Below are positions 13,947-25,112 of a stretch of 64,000 nt of DNA, piece by piece. The position numbers and the translations under genes were made by a program. This stretch comes from Anolis carolinensis. Taxonomy: Eukaryota. Numbering within the stretch: position 1 is the first letter of the stretch; the number at the start of each line of letters is the position of its first letter. The DNA is taken from assembly GCF_035594765.1 (NCBI RefSeq), contig NC_085845.1, positions 146,274,897 through 146,338,896 on the forward strand. The letters run 5' to 3'. The notes under the pieces are model-generated. The model had not been told where the DNA came from and made no database searches. It saw only the letters and a list, made by a program, of their open reading frames with translations.

Positions 13947-14081
13947 CAGTGGTTCTCAAACTGGGGTCCCCAGATGTTTTTGGCGTTCAACTCCCAGAAA
14001 TCCTAACAGCTGGTAAACTGGCTGGGATTTCTTGAAGTTGTAGGCCAAAAACATCTGGGGACCCCAGGCTGAGAACCACTG
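13947..14081. mobile_element. 135-bp palindromic hAT (Charlie-like) MITE
   Basis: TIR cagtggttctca, near-complete fold-back, TSD ctctattg/ctctatgg (7 of 8). Confidence 0.9.
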
Positions 14082-16970
14082 CTCTATGGCCACCTTCTAT
14101 TGGAATCTCATTGGAATATCTAAAGAGATAGCCTCTCATACTACAGTTTTTCCTCTGTGAAAATGAAAGGTCTATTGTATATTTTATAAAAATTTATGTC
14201 ACACCCATCCCTGCTGATTGCAAGTAGATTCAAAGAGGTCTTAAGGAGTTGGATGGTGACATTAATTTGTCCTACTAATGAAAGAGTTCTAGAAACTCTA
14301 GTCTGATGACTGAGGATCAAAACTTCAGAACCACTGCACTAGCCATCCATGTCTATACTCCCGTCTGCTTCATTTCTTTGCCAGCATCTGTGTTTGTGTA
14401 CATTCTTAGGCATGCTGTTTGCAAAGGGGATTGGATGCTGGTCATCTTTGCAGACCCTAGAGAAAGAATATTTCACATTCTGTCCATTTTCCCCCTGAAT
14501 GAAGAAAGAAAATGCCTTGGGACAAGTCTAACAGCTCCAACTGGAAACCAGAACAAATATTGACTGCTTATTTGCTATTTACGCATATGCCCACACATTT
14601 ATCTTCCCTGTAATAACACATGTGCACTGACATCCAGAATTATTGTTTTCCCTTCCACTGTCTGAAACATTTCTGAAGAGCATTTGGAAGGAAGATTCGG
14701 AGCTAATATGCAAAGACAGCCCAGAGCAGGCAATTTAATGGTTGTGCGGCGAAGTGATATGAATTGGCTAAATTATGCTTTTCAAATAAATGTGGTTTCA
14801 TTTGTTAGGAAACATCTTACTGCAAGTAGGTTTTTCTTAATGAGTATGTTTATCATTCATTAATATTGTAGAGAAACTACTATTATAGTAGGGGTTTAAA
14901 AGACTTTATACTTTTAGAAGTTTGTTGAATCTTGTTATTTGTTGAGATTACAAAGACATGCATAGCATATTCTGGCTAAGAAAACTGGTGATTATAAAGA
15001 AGTTCAGAGTTTTATAGCTGTGAAAGAGAACCTGTTTCCTACTGAGGTACACATGACCTGCTAGCAGAGTGTGTAGATATTATTATTAGTAGTAGTATAT
15101 TTATACTCCACTTTATCTCCTCAAAGGGGAATCAAAGCGGCTATCCATCCCGTTCCAAAAGTGGGTGAGCCATAGAGATCAAAGTCCATTCTGTTCTGTG
15201 CCATTTTATCCATCCTAATGTATAGACTGCTTATCATAAAAGAATACTCAGTAATACCAAAATAATACAACAAATTATCAATGGCAACAAACACAAATAG
15301 GAATGTAGTGTATAAAGTACAAACTGATTCAAAATTTAGGAAAAGCCAAGTTCCTCTTCAACTGTAATCTAAAATCAAATAAAATATGTTGCTTTTAATA
15401 TAGCAATGGGGACCATATATGTGGGTTGTAATGAAGAAACCTCACTATAATCATTACCAAATGAGAGCTAGATGCCTATTGTACAACAAGCATATGAACT
15501 CACATAATTAAAAATACATTTATCATGAGAACTTGTATGTTAGAAGGGATACTATATATACTATATTTCCCTTTGGAATTACACACTGCCCCACAAGAAC
15601 ACCAAATAGGTGTTTTGTGGCTGAGGAAATCACAGTTTTTAATGCATCAGTCATAACTGTACAATTCCTTCTTGTGGCAATCCCAGTCCAATCAGCTTGC
15701 CTCTCTCATATTTTAGAAACTGATTTTAGTGACCGGATTCACCAGCAATGGCTTGGAAATCCACATAGACCTGTTAAAATGCCTTGATAGATAGATATGT
15801 GTATACAGAAACACACAGGTATGTATGTATACACATCCATCCGTCTATGCCATAGACTATGACTTTCCACATATATTCTATTGAACAACCTTGCTCCTGA
15901 GTTGCTCCAATCCATCATTTATCTCATCGTAGATCATGGATGTAGATATTACTTCATATTTCCGAAACCCCCAGTGGTTGTGTTATAGAAGTTATAGCTA
16001 GAGACAGGTCATGGTCTAATCAGGAAGACCCAAAAACAGTGGAGTGAAGTGTTCTGTCCCAATATCACAAACTATGAGTAACTGCAGCCCAGCAACATGG
16101 CTAGAGAGAGCTTATCCTCATCATAAAGATGCTGTTCCTGCTTCTTGTTAAGACACAAGGCATCAGGTGAACAAAGGCATTTTCCTATTTGGATGCAATT
16201 CTGAGCAAAAGCCTTTTGAGAAAGTATCCATACTGCATAATTATAGAAACATTCCATGTTAACTGTCTTGGCTCCATTCTGTGGAATCCTGGATTTTCCG
16301 TCCACCTCTCTATCACTTTATTTACTTATATCCCACCTTTCTCCAGGCCTGGACTCAAGGCAAATTTTAAAAGGTCAGAACATTACAATCAAAACATATT
16401 GGTAAAATATACACAGCTAAGACTGAAACAGTACTAAAGAGTACAGTTGGCCTTCTGTACAAATGAATTCCCCACCCATGGATTCATCCAACCGCTGGTT
16501 GAATATATATTTTTAAAGCTGTTTGGGGCATGTCATCTCTCTCACACCTCACCCAGTGGCTCTACAAAAAGACAGTGGCAGAAGCCGTTCTGGTGAAGGA
16601 GCAACTTCGGCAAGGTGGGGGAGAAACCAAGAGGGAGAAAAAGAGTGGTAATAGTAAATGCAGTCCAGCAACAGGTTCCCTTTCATTTTAGAATAATTTT
16701 GTTTCAGAAATGTTTTGAATGTGTAAAAGTATAAAATGAAAACTGTGTTTTTCTCCTTCGCTGGCGCTAAGGGGGATGCAATCCAACAAACTTTTGAAGG
16801 CCACACATTTCCTCTTCTTACTACAGGATGTACAATATAGTGGTCCAGGAGACCATAAACTGAATATTTTAGGGAAGCTATACTTTCTCTGCTTTAGAGG
16901 AAAAGAATGACAAACTTCCTCTGAATAAATCATGCCAAAAAATCTCTGTAAAATTTCTATCATAAGTCAA

Positions 16971-17145
16971 AGCGCAGTGTATTAAAGCGCTGAGCTGCTG
17001 AACTTGTGGACCAAAAAGTCCCAGGTTCAAATCCCGGGAGCGGAATGAGCGCCCACTGTTAGCCCCAGTTCCTGCCAACCTAGCAGTTCGAAAACATGCC
17101 AATGTGAGTAGATCAATAGGTACTGCTCCAGCGGGAAGGTAACAG
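16971..17145 (+). mobile_element. Sauria SINE, 3'-truncated
   Basis: tRNA-like head with B box ggttcaaatccc and core gcagttcgaaaacatg...aatgtgagtagatcaatagg. Confidence 0.85.
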
Positions 17146-17184
17146 TTCCAAACACTTATGCTGCAAAATCAGTGTGGTGTTGTA

Positions 17185-17399
17185 GGGTGCATCTACACTG
17201 TAAAATTAATGCAGTTTGACACAATTTTAACTGCTATGGCTCAATGCTATAGAATTATGGGATTTGTAATTTTACAAAATCTTTAGTCTTTTCTAACAAA
17301 GATTGCTGGTGCTTCTCTCAACTTCAACTCCCAGCTTTCCTTAGTCATGGTAGTTAAAGTGGTGTCGAACTGGATTAATTATATAATGCAGATGCACCC
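17185..17399. mobile_element. PIF/Harbinger-like MITE inserted in an older SINE
   Basis: TIR gggtgcatct / agatgcaccc with TAG on both sides. Confidence 0.7.
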
Positions 17400-17570
17400 T
17401 AGGACTCAAGGTTTCAATCAGACATAGGAACCCCCTGGGTGGGTTTGCACACTTTCTCGGTCTCAGAGGAGACAAAGTCAAACTCCTTTGGAATAAATCT
17501 TACCAAGAAAACCCTATGAAAGGGTCTTAGGGTCACCATAAATCAGAAATTAGTGAAGGCACAAAACAAT
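17400..17570 (+). mobile_element. Old SINE with RTE-type tail (head at about 17170, interrupted by the MITE)
   Basis: caagaaaaccctatga...agggtcaccataaatcagaaa...gaaggcacaaaacaa tail. Confidence 0.6.
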
Positions 17571-17653
17571 AAAAGAGACCTTGTAATTCTCTCCTCACCC
17601 CCTACCCCCACGGTGTGATTTGATTATCTTTTTTTCTGCTTTTCCTTTTCCAG

Positions 17654-17813
17654 GACTGTTCTGTTTACTTTGACCTCGGTGGTTGTTCTTGTCATCACAA
17701 CTGACTGGATCAGCTGGGACAAGCTGAATCGTGGATTCCTGCCAAGCGATGAGGTTTCCAGAGCCTTTCTGGCTTCCTTCATCTTAGTGTTTGACCTTCT
17801 TATTGTCATGCAG
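17654..17813 (+). CDS. TMEM117: Internal coding exon of transmembrane protein 117 (160 bp; phase 2 start, phase 0 end)
   Basis: A polypyrimidine tract and CAG acceptor (AG 17652-17653) precede the exon, and a CAG|GTACC donor follows (GT 17814-17815). Translation is (W)TVLFTLTSVVVLVITTDWISWDKLNRGFLPSDEVSRAFLASFILVFDLLIVMQ, which matches vertebrate TMEM117 as I recall it. The neighbouring exons (...RITLFW and DWEFPHF...) were not seen in the window. Confidence 0.95.
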
Positions 17814-18187
17814 GTACCTTGTCCCAATATTTCTTCCAGAGTGCTGAAGTGGCTTTTTTCTGGCTAGATTTCCACTCTGGCATGTGCTGTTCAGCCAAGA
17901 CATTCGAAAGTCAAATTAAATGTTTGTTTTGCAGTCACTATTAATAGGCTCACATTACATCAGTGTTCTGAAGGCATTGTTTTAAAAAGCCAATTGGCCT
18001 TTTGAAAAGGAGAGGGAATAAAAAAATGTGTATTCTCAACTTTCGCTTGCCAAGCTGGTGACTTTATAAATGGAGATTTCTCTCTTCCCAAATGGCATAG
18101 AAGTGAAAAAGGGGAAAGAAAAGTGAAGTAATTTTTGTTATGAAAATCTTTCATTGTGTGGCTAAAAAAATACAATGAAACATGGCT

Positions 18188-18400
18188 TGTGTTTTTTCTG
18201 CCTTCAAGTTAGGTGTCGACTTATGGTGACCCCATGAATTTCATAGGGTTTTCTTAAACAAAGAATACTCAGAGGTGTTTATTCCATTTCCTTCATTTGA
18301 AATAGTCTATAGATACATAGTATATGGGAGACCACCAATGAACACCTATGAATAGGTATTCATTGGTGGACTCCCATCCAAGTGCTAACCGAAGCCTAGC
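18188..18400 (-). mobile_element. 5S rRNA-derived SINE with an internal inverted duplication
   Basis: Reverse complement of 59717-59912. ctcccatccaagtgctaacc corresponds to the 5S box C region. Confidence 0.75.
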
Positions 18401-18628
18401 TGTAAATGTCCAATATGTGTTTACCACATACTACACACCCTTTGTACTAACATTTTTACAACTTTTCTGTTGACAACTTGTTAAGTCAGATGTCTTCCTC
18501 CCAAACAATGTTCCTAAGGAGATAGTTTCTTGTAGACTGTCCAGCCTTTCTGATTTAGTATCTCATGCTAAAATGAGAGTCCTGCACACAAATCAAGACA
18601 AAGCTTAAAAGTTCTTTGTGTAACAATT

Positions 18629-18706
18629 TAGCTTTCTCCTACAACTTGAACATTTTAGCTTTCTACTACAACTTGTACATAGTTTCATAGCTTTCTACTA
18701 CAACTT
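18629..18706. repeat. Three-copy minisatellite, core tagctttctMctacaactt
   Basis: Cores start at 18629, 18656 and 18688. Confidence 0.8.
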
Positions 18707-19209
18707 AAACCTTTTCCAGCAGGTAAAAGAAGAATGTAATCTATTTTATAGGTGGATTCTTTTTCAAAAATAATCCCTCAACTATATTTAAAAATTGAAA
18801 TTTCTCTCTCTCTCTTTTATCCTTCCATGGTTGTTTTTTATTCTTGTTATTTTTGAAGTTGTCAGCAATGTTAATGCCATTTTTCTGAGAGACGCCGAGT
18901 ATTTTCCTTAAATATGATATCCACATAGTGAGTGGAAATTTTGCATGGCAGTTAGCCTGGCTTCAGTGGGGTTAATCGTAAGTGATTTCATGACTGCAGT
19001 TCATTGGCTTAAGCTATGTTTGCACACACAAGTCTCAGTCCAAAATTACATATTTTAAAGTCCCATTTATTTAAAAGAATAAGTTATACATGTTTAATTA
19101 TATCTTGCTGAAACAAATTGGGTTTAATAGTGTTGAACTTGTCTGGATTATGCTGTATTGATACAAATATTAGAACACTCTCATGTACTAAGAGTTATAG
19201 GAATAGATT

Positions 19210-19700
19210 TTGTTGTTATCTGCTGTTAAGTTGACCAATCTATGGTAACCCTATGGATAAAAGACCTCCAAATCATCCTTTTATCAACAGGTCCTGCAGG
19301 TCATGGTCATGACTTCTTTGATTGAATCTATCCATCTGAAATGTGGTCTTCCGCTTTCCCTACAGCTGTGGGTCTCAACCTGTGGGTCTCCAGGTGTTTT
19401 AGCCTACAACTTCCAGAAATTCCTGCCAGTTTACTAGCTGTTAGGATTTCTGGGAATTGAAGGCCAAAAACATCTGGGAACCCCAGATTGAGAACCACTG
19501 CCCTACAGCCTTATACCTTACCCAGTATTATTGTCTTTCCTAATGAAACATGTCTTCCTAAGGACAACCGTTTCAGTTTAGTCAACTTGACTTCTAGAGA
19601 AATTTTCTCTAGGACTCCCAAATTTCTCTTTTTAGCAGTCCAAACTATCTGTGAAACTCTTCGCCAGTCCACATTTCAAATGAGTTGTTTTTCTTCTTAT
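19210..19700 (-). mobile_element. Degraded RTE/BovB-like LINE 3' end
   Basis: ttgttgttatctgctgttaagttga...atggtaaccctatg...ttctttgattgaatctatccatct...tggtcttccgcttt resembles a reversed RTE 3' end. Confidence 0.55.
19366..19500. mobile_element. 135-bp palindromic hAT MITE nested in the RTE fragment
   Basis: Same family as 13947. Perfect 8-bp TSD ccctacag (19358-19365, 19501-19508). Confidence 0.9.
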
Positions 19701-22195
19701 CAGATTTCTTCATTATCTGTCTTTCATCATCATACAAAGAAATGGGAAATATGATGAAGTACAAGATGGTAAAAACTGTGTTTGATTCACATTTGAGATT
19801 TACTATGAGTTTCATCAACGACAAAATATTAACTACACCATATATGTCTGCGGGGGTCTGAATGTATTTAAACAATTAATGCAAATATACATCAGACAAT
19901 GCATAAAAATAGAAAAAAGTATACCAGAAATACATACTAACCCCATGCAGGAAATATGTGTGCTGTGTGTGCATGTGTGTGTGTGTAATCTTACAACTCA
20001 ATACAGGACTGAGATAAGAAGAGAAAGCCAGTGGGGTTCTGACAAATGCAATGAAAATGAAACTGACAGGTTTTCACCGTCTTAACCAGCTAGCAGGTGA
20101 CATGAAGACTCAGCTGATGAACCTGCATGACAGCCCAGAAAGCCACTATCAGTCAGGGTCAACACTATTGAATGAGATGGGCAAATACTGCAGCCTTATA
20201 TAAAATAGCTTCCAGTATTTCAGTGGCAGAACAGAGGTTCAAGCACCTGATTCTCCTGTGAACATTTTTATATTACAGCAGAAAAGAGTAAAGGCATGAT
20301 GACCAACATGTGGATTTCAAAATTGTATTGGAACCCCTTAGCACTGCCCTTCATGGGCAAAGTGAGGAGTGATGGAAATTGTCATCCAGTATCAAATATG
20401 TCTCCATCTATGGATAAAAGGCTTTTCAGAAATATTTCTTGGCATCTTTACTTTTTTGAAAATCGCCCACCTTGAAATACTGGCTTCATGCTTTATAGTT
20501 GCCCCTATAACTTACACAAGTCATCCATATGGTGAATTTCATTAGACTTGGGAGATAGTTGGACAATTGCCCCTTATGTAATTCCTGTGTCCCTTTGTAG
20601 AATAACCTACTCGAATTCCTTTTCTGCAAACTGCTCCGCAATGGTAACACAGTATAATCCAGATTGTGTCGGTTGATCCATGGTGGCAAGTGCACAAACA
20701 TTTTAAAGCAGGGTTGGACAATTGTGTCTCCAGACATTTTTGGACTCCCACAACCCTCACAATTCACTATACCAGCTAGGGCTAAAGATCTGATGGGCAG
20801 TTACCCACTTCTGCTTTAAAAATTTCCAGCCCATTCCATTGCTATGAATGCTTGATATTCAAGTGCCACTCTCCTGAAAAATGCCAGAGCAAGCTGTTGG
20901 CACAACAGTTGTGTTACTACTTATGTCATGACCTGTCTTGGTGCAACAAAAAGAAAATTAGTACAACTTTCTATACCTTTGACAAAAAATGGCACATATG
21001 TGAGCACCTCTTTTAAAACTTTATACTTTTCTTCTCCACCTTCACAACATATTTAATGAGATGCAAGAAACTTTCTAATAAATGAATCCACTCTATGTGG
21101 CCGCAACAAGGAACATGAATAAGAATAACCCATACATTATCCTACGCAACGCTGAATATCATTATGCTGAAAGCACCGGATGCTATTGTCCGCTGCCACC
21201 ATTATTACTAAATCATTCTTTTGACTATGAAAAATGAAGTCACCACAGTATGACCTTGAGGGTACCGTGCGCAGACGAAAACTTCATTTCAAAATCCTTG
21301 GCTTCGGTGCGCTTTTGTGTTCTTTTAAAAAACACCATGCAGAATAAGTCTTATGTTTAATTGCATTTTTGAAGATGTTTGCACAGCAGAGCGGTTATTT
21401 AAAGATATTTATCCAGGATGCACAACTAAGATGACTCATCTTATTTACAAGGTGGCTTTGGCACCAGAGAATTGCCATTTGCAATAAAATTAGATTGACT
21501 CCAGTTGGCACTAAATTACAGATGAAGATATAATTGCAGGAAAAGTCTTCAAGGAAACCAAATAATAGTTAGCCAATTCACAATTCTTATTAAGAGGTAA
21601 TTAGTTGCAATTACAATTCTGAGCTCCCCAAAGCAAGTTAGTTATCATTATTCTAATAACTTCTCAAAAGTAACTCTATTTTTATTTATTTTTAAAAATC
21701 TAAATGCTACAAATTCTGGTCTATGGTAGAACACATACTCCTCTCATTCATCTTGTCATCATTTCAGCCCTGGCAGCAAGTCATAAGGAACATTTCTAGG
21801 CAGCACTTGATCCATGCAATATTTCTCCTGTGTTATTTCATGCCTCAGTGTGTGCAAAATACATGTGTGAAATGATCTAAGTAAATACACAAATAAGTTT
21901 CAGCTTTTTTCTTTCTATTTGTTCTTGTCTTCTCCTCCTCTTTCACCTTCTTCATCGTATTATGCAATGTTAGAGAGAAAGGGCTTATCTACATGGACTA
22001 AAAATAAATCATACTCCGCTCACAGGCACTCTGATCCTGAACACACAATGTCTATCACAATTTGTTTGTAAAGTGTTTCTTTGAACTTTAAACCATTTTT
22101 AAAAACTTGCCTTTTACCCCAATATTTAACAGAAAATCTAGACATCTAGGTCTGTGGCCAGCCCTCCAGGAGGCATCACTTCATTATGTCACTAA

Positions 22196-22468
22196 GGAGC
22201 CTCCGGTGGCCTAGGGGATAAAGCCTCGTGACTTGAAGGTTGGGTTGCTGACCTGAAGGCTGCCAGGTTCGAATCCCACCCGGGGAGAGCACGGATGAGC
22301 TCCCTCTATCAGCTCCAGCTCCATGCGGGGACATGAGAGAAGCCTCCCACAAGGATGGTAAATACATCAAAAACATCCGCGCGTCCCCTGGGCAATGTCC
22401 TTGCAGACGGCCAATTCTCTCACTCCAGAAGCAACTCCGGTTGCTCCTGACACGAAAAAAAAAAAAAA
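22196..22468 (+). mobile_element. Full-length young tRNA-derived SINE (Anolis SINE2-like, Vingi-tailed)
   Basis: A box tggcctagggg, B box ggttcgaatccc, tail ctcctgacacg plus A14, TSD tatgtcact (22185-22193, 22470-22478). Confidence 0.88.
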
Positions 22469-22933
22469 CTATGTCACTGGGAGAGAATTTTGTGGTTGGC
22501 AGAACTGGTTGGTGGGAGGTCGGCATTCCTACTAGGTAATGGTTCTTTCTTGAGTTGAATTTTATTTAGCTTCAAAAAGATTTGTATGTGTGAATATTTG
22601 CATATCAGTCTATTAGTATTATCACACTTCCACTTAAGAGAAAATACATGAATCCACATGCATTACTGAAAAAAGCGAAGTGTCCATAGCCATGTGGCAA
22701 AAAATAATGTAACCAGAAATAAAGTGAAGAATTGGAAATGTGAACCACCTCCTAAGAATGAGATGAACTCATCAGGGGGATATCTCACCATGATGTGGTA
22801 TTAATGGGGCTACGTCAGGATCAGTGCAGACCAGAAAAATATGGTGCCAAAAAAGAGAATGTTTTTCACGATTGTAGATAAACCCAGAAATGAATCCCAG
22901 TGCAATTTTCCCTTATTCAACATTTTAGAACTA

Positions 22934-23244
22934 CAGTAGAGTCTCACTTATCCAACATAAACGGGCCGGCAGAATGTTGGATAAGCAAATATGTTGGATA
23001 ATAAGGAGGGATTAAGGAAAAGCCTATTAAACATGAAATTAGGTTATGATTTTACAAATTAAGCACCAAAACATCATGTTATACAACAAATTTGACAGAA
23101 AAAGTAGTAATGTTATGTAGTAATTACTGTATTTACAAATTTAGCACCAAAATATCACAATGTATTGAAAACATTGACTACAAAAATGCATTGGATAATC
23201 CAAAATGTTGGATAAGCGAGTGTTGGATAAGTGAGACTCTACTG
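22934..23244. mobile_element. Tc1/mariner MITE (cagtagagtctcacttatccaa family)
   Basis: TIR of about 24 bp and TA TSD. Confidence 0.92.
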
Positions 23245-25010
23245 TAGTTACTTCTTGAATAGGTGCATTAAGTACTTCCCCTTTCAACTGAAAACAAGGA
23301 TATTTTGTGTTGTCAAAGTGCTCTAACATGTTTAATATTATAAAAAACCCAATAACATCAAGACTGAGAGGCTCAGGAGGTCAGCGAGTTGGTGACCTAT
23401 TGTTCTGAGCTGCCTTGCTGTCATAAACTGCCCCAAATTTCAGACTGGAGGCAAGGTAAGAAATAACAGCAACAATAATTACAGCACATACATGTACAGT
23501 CACACAATCTAGATGGATCAGATCAAAGTCATATCTAACCAGTATTCTATTCCCACCCTTGCCAGCTATGTGTTAATGGAAAATCCACAAGCCTGGCATA
23601 ACAAACACTAGTGTGTATCAACAAATTGTATTCAGGCATATTAGAGGTAACTATAGCCATGGTAACTAGAAACCATTAATTTTTCTAAGCCCTTTACAAC
23701 ATATAATTCAAAGGACTATTTTAGTGCTATAGAATTTTATATAATAAAGTTGGTACAGTAATATTAACAGCATTCCTGATATAAACACTCTGGGATCAAC
23801 ATCTAAGGATTTCCTCCAAGAGAAAGTTGGCGAGTGAAGACAGTAAGGGACAATCTTTTCAGTTTGGGTCACCGATACATCATTTATGGAAAACACTCCC
23901 CAACTAGCACCACCTGATCCAAGGTTGACTCTAGAGACACCTGCATATGTCATATTGGGTCACTGGGGACATCACCTTGTTCAGCAATCCCTCTGTACAC
24001 ACAGCTGCAGCCACTGCTTCCATAGTTATTTAGTAGCTCTAGAGAGGTTGGAGACACAAAGATATCCTCCATTATCCTATCTTTCCATAATAGGAAATCT
24101 AGAGCTGTTTTCTCCATGCTCCTATTGACTGAAACGCAGCCAAACTGCCTGGGTGGAACTATCTCTCTCAAATGACTGTGGGGACATGTTTTGGCAGATA
24201 ACAGTTCTGCTGTTTGCTTATGGGCGGAAGTGGAGAAGGAGACAGAAGCAACCTTGGTTGACTTTTACATTCTGCCAAACCAATGAAGAATTAATGAATC
24301 ACTATTCCTACTACATTTCAAGCTGTTTTCTAATGACACAATCCATGGGGTTCATGTGACTATTGTAGATATGTAACAAGGTCATTTTGTGTGAGTCTTT
24401 CTCAGACAACCAACACATCCTGTCGCATATGGTCATAATGTCCCCATGCTCTTTCCTGTTTCAAAGGATTACCCCAAGCAAAATATCTCCCATGGTGCTT
24501 TGTGTGTATCTTGTAAGAGGATCAGGACACACAATTGTTGCTGTACTTATATTTTGCTGCTTTCTTCCAATCTCACTTTATAAGAATTATTGGTCTCCAG
24601 AGGATGAAACCAATTGAAGAAAAATGTATTAGTCGAAGTACTTGAAGTGCAGCTTTACAGACATAAGGACCATCCTTTTTCTTCTATTCTAGTTCATGCA
24701 GATTGATGTAGCGACAGATGAAGTTCTGGATTTGTATGTGCAGAGGCCATAGGGAGCCAATGTTGACAGTAAGAAAGATAGACAACAGATCTGAGGGATC
24801 TGATTGAATATCTAATAGAAATCTTTATTTCTCACACAAAATTTACTTAAAGGAAACTGATGAAACTTTTATTTGAATAAGTTACATTTGAAGTCTTTGA
24901 TTATTTTCCAAAATTGAAAACTAATAAATGGGAAATAGAAAAAAGTGGATTGGTATGAGTGTGTGTGTGTGTTTCTCTTTAGCATGTACATTAAATATCA
25001 GGATACCCTA

Positions 25011-25112
25011 CCTCACAACCTCTGAGGATGCCTGCCATAGATGTGGGCGAAACGTCAAGAGAGAATACTTCTAGAACATGGCCATACAGCCCAGAAAACA
25101 TACAACAACCCT
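25011..25112 (+). mobile_element. Penelope-like element terminal-repeat fragment containing a minimal hammerhead motif
   Basis: cctCTGAGGAtgcctgccatagatgtgggcGAAACGTCaag...ctagaacatggccatacagcccagaaaacatacaacaacc, flanked by duplicated tatcaggatac. Confidence 0.75.

Noticed and set aside
17670-17867. 65-aa ORF as a standalone gene
   Set aside because: It is the TMEM117 exon read through the splice donor into the intron. Similarity stops exactly at the donor.
18629-18706. Repeat-spacer pattern resembling CRISPR
   Set aside because: Only three 19-nt units with related 8-13 nt spacers, in vertebrate DNA with no cas genes. It is a minisatellite.
22196-22280. tRNA gene
   Set aside because: The A and B boxes belong to a SINE head that has a poly(A) tail and TSD.
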